The translations under genes and the position numbers were made by a program. The notes under the pieces were generated by a model, which saw only the letters and a list, made by a program, of their open reading frames with translations, searched no databases and was not told the origin of the DNA. Below, one piece after another: positions 59,117-64,000 of a stretch of 64,000 nt of DNA (within the stretch, counting starts at the first letter, position 1; every line of letters starts with the position of its first letter). Source of the stretch: Candidatus Multivoradales bacterium (GTDB taxonomy: Bacteria > Acidobacteriota > Thermoanaerobaculia > Multivoradales > JAHEKO01); the NCBI GenBank assembly GCA_965223155.1, contig CBDCVR010000014.1:160001-224000 (forward strand). Direction: 5' to 3'.

Positions 59117-60679
59117 TCACGGATACGTGTACGCCGCCTGCAAGCCCAGCGGGATTCCCAGCATCCAGTAGAGGACCAGGAAGATCGTCCAGAGCGCCAG
59201 GAGCGACACCGAGTACGGCAACATCAGCGAGGTCACCGTGCCGATGCCGGTCTTCTTGACCCAGCGCTGGCTGAAGGCCACCACCAGCGGGAAGTAGGGC
59301 ATGAGCGGCGTGATGATGTTGGTGGTCGAGTCCCCGACCCGGTAGGCCGCCTGGGTCAGCTCGGGCGAGAGCCCGACCTGCATCAGGATGGGCACGAAGA
59401 TCGGCGCCAGAAGCGCCCACTTACCCGAAGCCGAGCCCACCAGCAGATTGACCAGAGCGCTCAGCAGGATGATGCCTATGATGGTCACGGTGCCGGGCAG
59501 ACCCAGGGCCTTGAGTACGTCTGCTCCCTTCACCGCCAGAAGCGCACCCAGATTGGACCGTCCGAAGGCGGCCGTGAACTGGGCACAGAAGAAGATCATC
59601 GTCAGGTAGTAGCCCATGGTCGCCATGGTCTTGCTCATCCCCTGAATCAGGTCCCGGTGGCTCTTGACGGTGCCGGCGACGTAGCCGTACACCGCCCCGG
59701 GGATCAGAAAGAGCAAGAAGATCAGGGGCACGATGGATTGCATGATCGGAGCGCTGAACGAAGTGATCGAGCCATCGGCCGAGCGCAGCGGCGAGTTCTC
59801 CGGCCACACCCACCAGGCCAGCAACAGGACTCCGAGGACCATCGCCGCCATGCCTGCCCACAATCCCTTGCGCTCGCGCTTGGACAGGTCGTGCATCTTG
59901 GCGCTTTCGAGATCGTCGCCGTCGATCTCGGTGCCCTTGAGCCGGGGCTCGATGATCTTGTCCGTGATGTACCAGCCCACCAGGATCACCAGGATGCTGG
60001 ACGCGCTGGTGAAGAGCCAGTTGCAGAGCGGATTGACCTCGCGCACCGGATCCAGGATCTGTGCCGCCGACTGGGTGAAGCCCTGGAGCAGCGGATCGAT
60101 CCCCGACGGAATGAAGTTGGCGCTGAAGCCGCCGGAGACGCCGGCGAAGGCGCAGGCTATGCCGGCCAGCGGGTGGCGGCCGGCAGCGTAGAAGATCACT
60201 CCGCCCAGGGGGATGACCAGGACGTAGCCGGCGTCGGCGGCGGTGTGGCTCACGATCGCCACCAACAGCAGCATCGGCGACAGCAGCCAGCGCGGGGTCA
60301 GGTTGATGAGGCCCTTGAGGCCGGCGGTGATGAATCCCGCCTGCTCGGCAACGCCGACTCCGAGCAAGGCCACCAGCACCACCCCCAGGGGCGCGAACCC
60401 GGTGAAGGTCGTGACCATGCCCGACAGGAAGGCGGCCAGGGCGCCGCCGGTGAGCTGGTTCTGGACCGCGAGCTGCCGAACGCCGTCTTTGCCCGGCACG
60501 GAGAACTGATAGTCCGCCAGCAGCCAGGACAGGATCCAGACCGCGGCCAGCGCGATGACGAAGAGCATCGCCGGGTCCGGCAGCTTGTTGCCGACCCTTT
60601 CGACCCAAGCCAGCGCGCGCTCGACCCAACCTTTAGACGAGCTCTCCGGTGCCGGTACCGCCTTCTTGCCTTCACTCAT
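59117..60679 (-). CDS. AbgT-family transporter
   Basis: VERVGNKLPDP, FAPLG, GRHPLAG, GVSGGFSAN, YRVGDSTTNIITP, MLPYS. Confidence 0.93.
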   Translation of the reverse strand: MSEGKKAVPAPESSSKGWVERALAWVERVGNKLPDPAMLFVIALAAVWILSWLLADYQFSVPGKDGVRQLAVQNQLTGGALAAFLSGMVTTFTGFAPLGVVLVALLGVGVAEQAGFITAGLKGLINLTPRWLLSPMLLLVAIVSHTAADAGYVLVIPLGGVIFYAAGRHPLAGIACAFAGVSGGFSANFIPSGIDPLLQGFTQSAAQILDPVREVNPLCNWLFTSASSILVILVGWYITDKIIEPRLKGTEIDGDDLESAKMHDLSKRERKGLWAGMAAMVLGVLLLAWWVWPENSPLRSADGSITSFSAPIMQSIVPLIFLLFLIPGAVYGYVAGTVKSHRDLIQGMSKTMATMGYYLTMIFFCAQFTAAFGRSNLGALLAVKGADVLKALGLPGTVTIIGIILLSALVNLLVGSASGKWALLAPIFVPILMQVGLSPELTQAAYRVGDSTTNIITPLMPYFPLVVAFSQRWVKKTGIGTVTSLMLPYSVSLLALWTIFLVLYWMLGIPLGLQAAYTYP

Positions 60680-60797
60680 GACCTACTCCTCGAGGAAAGG
60701 CCGAGTCTAACCCGCCGGAGCGGCGGAACGGCGCACTCGCGGCCCGTGGTGGAAGTCGCGATGGTCGCGCGACAAGGGTCGATGGTGGAGGCGCTGA

Positions 60798-62759
60798 CTA
60801 GGGCAGGCGCAGGGCCACCATCTCGTGAGCGTTCCGGACCAGGAGCACGTCGTCGATCAGCACCGGATGATTCCAGGTCTTGCCCTGAAGGACGTCCACC
60901 CGCGCCACCTCTTCGAAACCGTCGGGCTCCGCCCGGACCAGGGCCAGGTCGCCCTGCTCGCCTAGCACCAGCAGCAGGTCCTGGTCGGCCAGGAGCAGGA
61001 GCTGGCCGTGACCGTACCGTCCCCCTTTCCAGTTGCGCTCACCGGACTCCAGATCGACCGAAGCCAGGATGCTGCCGTCGAAACCGTAGACGTGGCCGCC
61101 GTGGAGGACGAAGTCGTTGTGGTATGGCCTCAACCGGATCGAGCTCCAGCTCTCCTCGACCACGGCGGAGCCCGCGTCCCCTCGCACCGCCAGGCGCCGG
61201 AGCCCCTTGCCCTCGCCCTCGCTCAGCAAGACGGCGCCGTTCCCGGCCACCGCCGGCTGAACGATGCGCACTCCGCCGCGCCAGTCGTACTGCCATAGCC
61301 GGACGCCGTCTCCAGGCCGGACGCTCAGAAGCCCTTCGATTCCGGCGTAAAGGATCTGCTCGGCTCCGTTCAGCACCGCCAGGTGGGGCGAGCTGTAGCT
61401 CGCTCCCCGGCTCTCTCCCCGCCAGCGCTCGTCGCCGGTCTCCCGATCGTAGGCGACCAACCGGCCGCCGGCGGCAACGATCACGTTGCCCGCGACCACC
61501 AGCGGCGACGAGGCGAATCCGTAGTAGGGGACCTTGGCTTCGACGTCGGCGGCAACGTCTCGCGACCAGATGCGGAAACCAGTGACGGCGTCGAGCGCGT
61601 TCAGGATGCCCGTCGCACCGAAGACGAAGAGCCTCGAACCATGGAGCGTGGGCGTGGCCCGGGGACCGGCTCCCGCGGTCGCTTCCCAGAACCGGGCCGG
61701 ATCGCGATGGCGCCAGGCCGGCTCACCGGTCTCGAGGTTGTAGGCGGTCACGACCTCGTCCTCACCACGCTGCTCCTGGGTAAAGGCGAGTCCGCCTCCG
61801 ACCGCGAACGACGACCAGCCCGGCCCTACCGCTCGGCGCCAGAGCTCGACCGGCGGGTCCGAGTCCCAATCGGTGCCGACGGAGGTCCCTGGCACCGTGC
61901 CCTCGCGACGCGGACCCCGGAATCCCGGCCAAGCCGCGGCGATCACCGGCGCTTCGATGGGCTCGGTGGCAACGGCCCCGTCCTGATCGGCCTGATCGGA
62001 AACTCCGGCAGCCGCCGTCGTGGCGTCGACTTGCGCGGTGACCTGTACGACCTGGGCTTCGCCGGCATCAGCACCGCCATCGCCGGCGGGCGCCGCGGCG
62101 GTGGCCGCCCGTCCCGGCTCTGGATCAACGGCCTCGGAAGGCGACCCGCTCTCGACTGAGACGTCGCCTGAGACGGCCTCCTCGGTCGCGGCGACAACCG
62201 GTGCCGGAGTCGATGGCTCGGGATCGGCACCGGCCTCTTCCAGGAGGCGGTCCTCATGCGACTTCGCCCAGCGCCAGGCGAAGTCGTTGTCGGCCGACCC
62301 GGTCATGCCCTCAGTACGCACCAGGGTCCAAGCCCCGCAGGCAACTGCCAGCATCGCCGCCAGCGCCAGCCAGCGCCGGCCGGAGGGAAGACCCTGCGTG
62401 ATCCAAGCCCAAACCACGAGCGCCAAGCACAGCACCGGCACCACGTAGATGACGTACATCCCGCCCATCATGGAGTCGGCGACGGACTGATGCAGCAGAG
62501 ACTTGAAGAGCAGCACGGCCGCGATCACGGCGGCCAGGACTCCAAGCCGCTCACCCCAGCCGGCTCGGCTCAGAAACAGCCACCACAGGATGACCAGCAG
62601 ACCAATACCCATCGCGGACATCAGAGCGACCGCCGTGGCGCCCGGAAAGAGCTCGGGCACCCCGAAACGGGCAAGCCACTGAACCAGGACGAGGACGACA
62701 CCCGGCCAGAGGCGCAAGATACGCTGGCGGCCGGTTCCGGAATCGGACGATGAGCTCAT
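60798..62759 (-). CDS. Membrane-anchored PQQ-like beta-propeller repeat protein
   Basis: N-terminal TMs; WPGFRGP, GPGWSS, GPRATP, ASSP, KGGRYGHG, KTWNHP. Confidence 0.85.
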   Translation of the reverse strand: MSSSSDSGTGRQRILRLWPGVVLVLVQWLARFGVPELFPGATAVALMSAMGIGLLVILWWLFLSRAGWGERLGVLAAVIAAVLLFKSLLHQSVADSMMGGMYVIYVVPVLCLALVVWAWITQGLPSGRRWLALAAMLAVACGAWTLVRTEGMTGSADNDFAWRWAKSHEDRLLEEAGADPEPSTPAPVVAATEEAVSGDVSVESGSPSEAVDPEPGRAATAAAPAGDGGADAGEAQVVQVTAQVDATTAAAGVSDQADQDGAVATEPIEAPVIAAAWPGFRGPRREGTVPGTSVGTDWDSDPPVELWRRAVGPGWSSFAVGGGLAFTQEQRGEDEVVTAYNLETGEPAWRHRDPARFWEATAGAGPRATPTLHGSRLFVFGATGILNALDAVTGFRIWSRDVAADVEAKVPYYGFASSPLVVAGNVIVAAGGRLVAYDRETGDERWRGESRGASYSSPHLAVLNGAEQILYAGIEGLLSVRPGDGVRLWQYDWRGGVRIVQPAVAGNGAVLLSEGEGKGLRRLAVRGDAGSAVVEESWSSIRLRPYHNDFVLHGGHVYGFDGSILASVDLESGERNWKGGRYGHGQLLLLADQDLLLVLGEQGDLALVRAEPDGFEEVARVDVLQGKTWNHPVLIDDVLLVRNAHEMVALRLP

Positions 62760-62937
62760 GACACTCCTCCCTCGGTACCCGTGTCGCTAGGAGCCGAACG
62801 GGCGGTCCAATGTCGAAAACACCCTCGGGATACGGCCTCGCTCGGGCGATGTTTCATCCAAGGGGGCAGTCCGATGCCACCTGGCGTCCGCGCCTCGACG
62901 GGACCCACCCGCCCGGCTCGACGTCGCACCCGCCGCC

Positions 62938-64000
62938 CTACTCCGACGGCCCACTTGCCGGCTCGAGCCCTCCCGACCCTGCCCCGCGTCCCAACCGCTC
63001 GAGGTAGTGCCGGTCGAAGGCGGCGAGCTGGCTCTCGAGCTCGGAATAGGGACCGGGCGAGTACGCGCGCGAGGCGATTCCCTCCTGGGAGATCCGGCAA
63101 AGCTCCCAGTCCTGGCGGTTGGTCATGTCCCAGAACTCGACCGCTCCCGAGGGATCGAAGCCCTCGGTCTCGACGGCCTCCGGATGGAAGTACCAGTCGC
63201 AGACGATGCGGGTGGACGACGGTCCCTCCGGCTCGCTGCGATGCACGAGAACGTAGTCCGGGTGGAGGCTCACGAAGAGGTTGGGGAACACAGTGTAGTA
63301 GTAGACCAGCTCCAGATCTGGGCCGGCGACCCCGCCCAGAGGCGCCGCGCACGCACGGCCATTCATGGTCATGCTGGCGCCGGCACCCGCCGCCAGCCGC
63401 ATGGGTCCGCCCAGAAAGGGCCCCTCCTCGAGGTCGTTGGTGCTATCCCGATAGGGCGTCAGCCGGTTCAGAATCGGATGCACGTTGGGACAGTGGTAGC
63501 ACTCGCTGTAGTTCTGGAACAGGAGCTTCCAGTTGGCCTCCACTCGGTACTCGGTGCGATGCGCCGACGCCAGCTCCGGCACCCGCCAGGCGGCGAACTT
63601 GCCCGCTAGCGGCGCGAATACCTCGGAGAATGGCTCCGGGGCGGTAGCCAGCGACACGAACAGGAAGCCGTCCAGGCTCTCGAGCGCCGCCTGCCGGAGC
63701 GGCCACTCGGCGCGGTCGAAGCCGGCAACCTCGTCCATCGTCGGAGCCGCCCGAAGCCGACCATCCAGCTCGTAGGTCCAGGCGTGGTACGGACACTGAA
63801 TGCCGCCGCCAAAGCGGCCCGAGTCCTCGGTGCAGAGACGGCTGCCCCGGTGCCGGCAGACGTTGTAGAAGGCCCGGATGCGTCCGTCCCGAGCCCGGGT
63901 CACGAGCAGGCTCTCGCCATCCACTCGTGCCGCGAAGAAGTCTCCGGCTTCGGCTACCTGCGAAACGTGTCCGACGTAGGTCCAGGCGCGGGAGAAGATG
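62938..64000 (-). CDS. Rieske non-heme iron oxygenase alpha subunit (choline/glycine-betaine oxygenase-like), 5' end outside the window
   Basis: NVCRHRG, CPYHAWTY, ANWK...ECYHC..VHP, QD..LC; frame open to base 64000. Confidence 0.9.
   Translation of the reverse strand, partial: IFSRAWTYVGHVSQVAEAGDFFAARVDGESLLVTRARDGRIRAFYNVCRHRGSRLCTEDSGRFGGGIQCPYHAWTYELDGRLRAAPTMDEVAGFDRAEWPLRQAALESLDGFLFVSLATAPEPFSEVFAPLAGKFAAWRVPELASAHRTEYRVEANWKLLFQNYSECYHCPNVHPILNRLTPYRDSTNDLEEGPFLGGPMRLAAGAGASMTMNGRACAAPLGGVAGPDLELVYYYTVFPNLFVSLHPDYVLVHRSEPEGPSSTRIVCDWYFHPEAVETEGFDPSGAVEFWDMTNRQDWELCRISQEGIASRAYSPGPYSELESQLAAFDRHYLERLGRGAGSGGLEPASGPSE

Overview
GC-rich bacterial DNA; the gene style (CRTAC1/ASPIC protein, 'C..SPTAP' lipoproteins, TIGR02266-type PilZ) suggests Acidobacteriota, which is an inference. 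The window has two halves. (1) 1-29576 is the distal part of an Rhs polymorphic-toxin locus: at least nine C-terminal toxin cassettes, eight of them fused to 5'-truncated, near-identical copies of one Rhs core ending in DPxG (the first is cut by the window edge). Each is followed by a putative immunity gene. Eight toxins carry JAB/MPN (JAMM-like, E...HxH...S/T/G-xx-D) motifs with conserved Cys residues, and one is a GHSxG alpha/beta-hydrolase. The immunity proteins are mostly exported, modular, Cys-containing proteins or integral membrane proteins, and their families co-vary with toxin subtype. The array also holds a truncated IS3, several core scars and a ~68-bp hairpin element found three times at cassette junctions. 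(2) 29618-64000 is housekeeping/accessory DNA: a PilZ-AMIN protein, a hidden CxxU AhpD-like selenoprotein, a purine uptake/catabolism cluster (AzgA permease, ade, allB-uraD fusion, uraH, xanthine dehydrogenase-type trio), fabH, a PAS hybrid kinase, P450 + FAAL-ACP, lipoproteins, a CRTAC1 protein, fhs, NRDE, dCMP deaminase, a PP2C phosphatase, AbgT, a PQQ-propeller protein and a Rieske oxygenase. All family calls come from reading motifs by eye; no searches were run.
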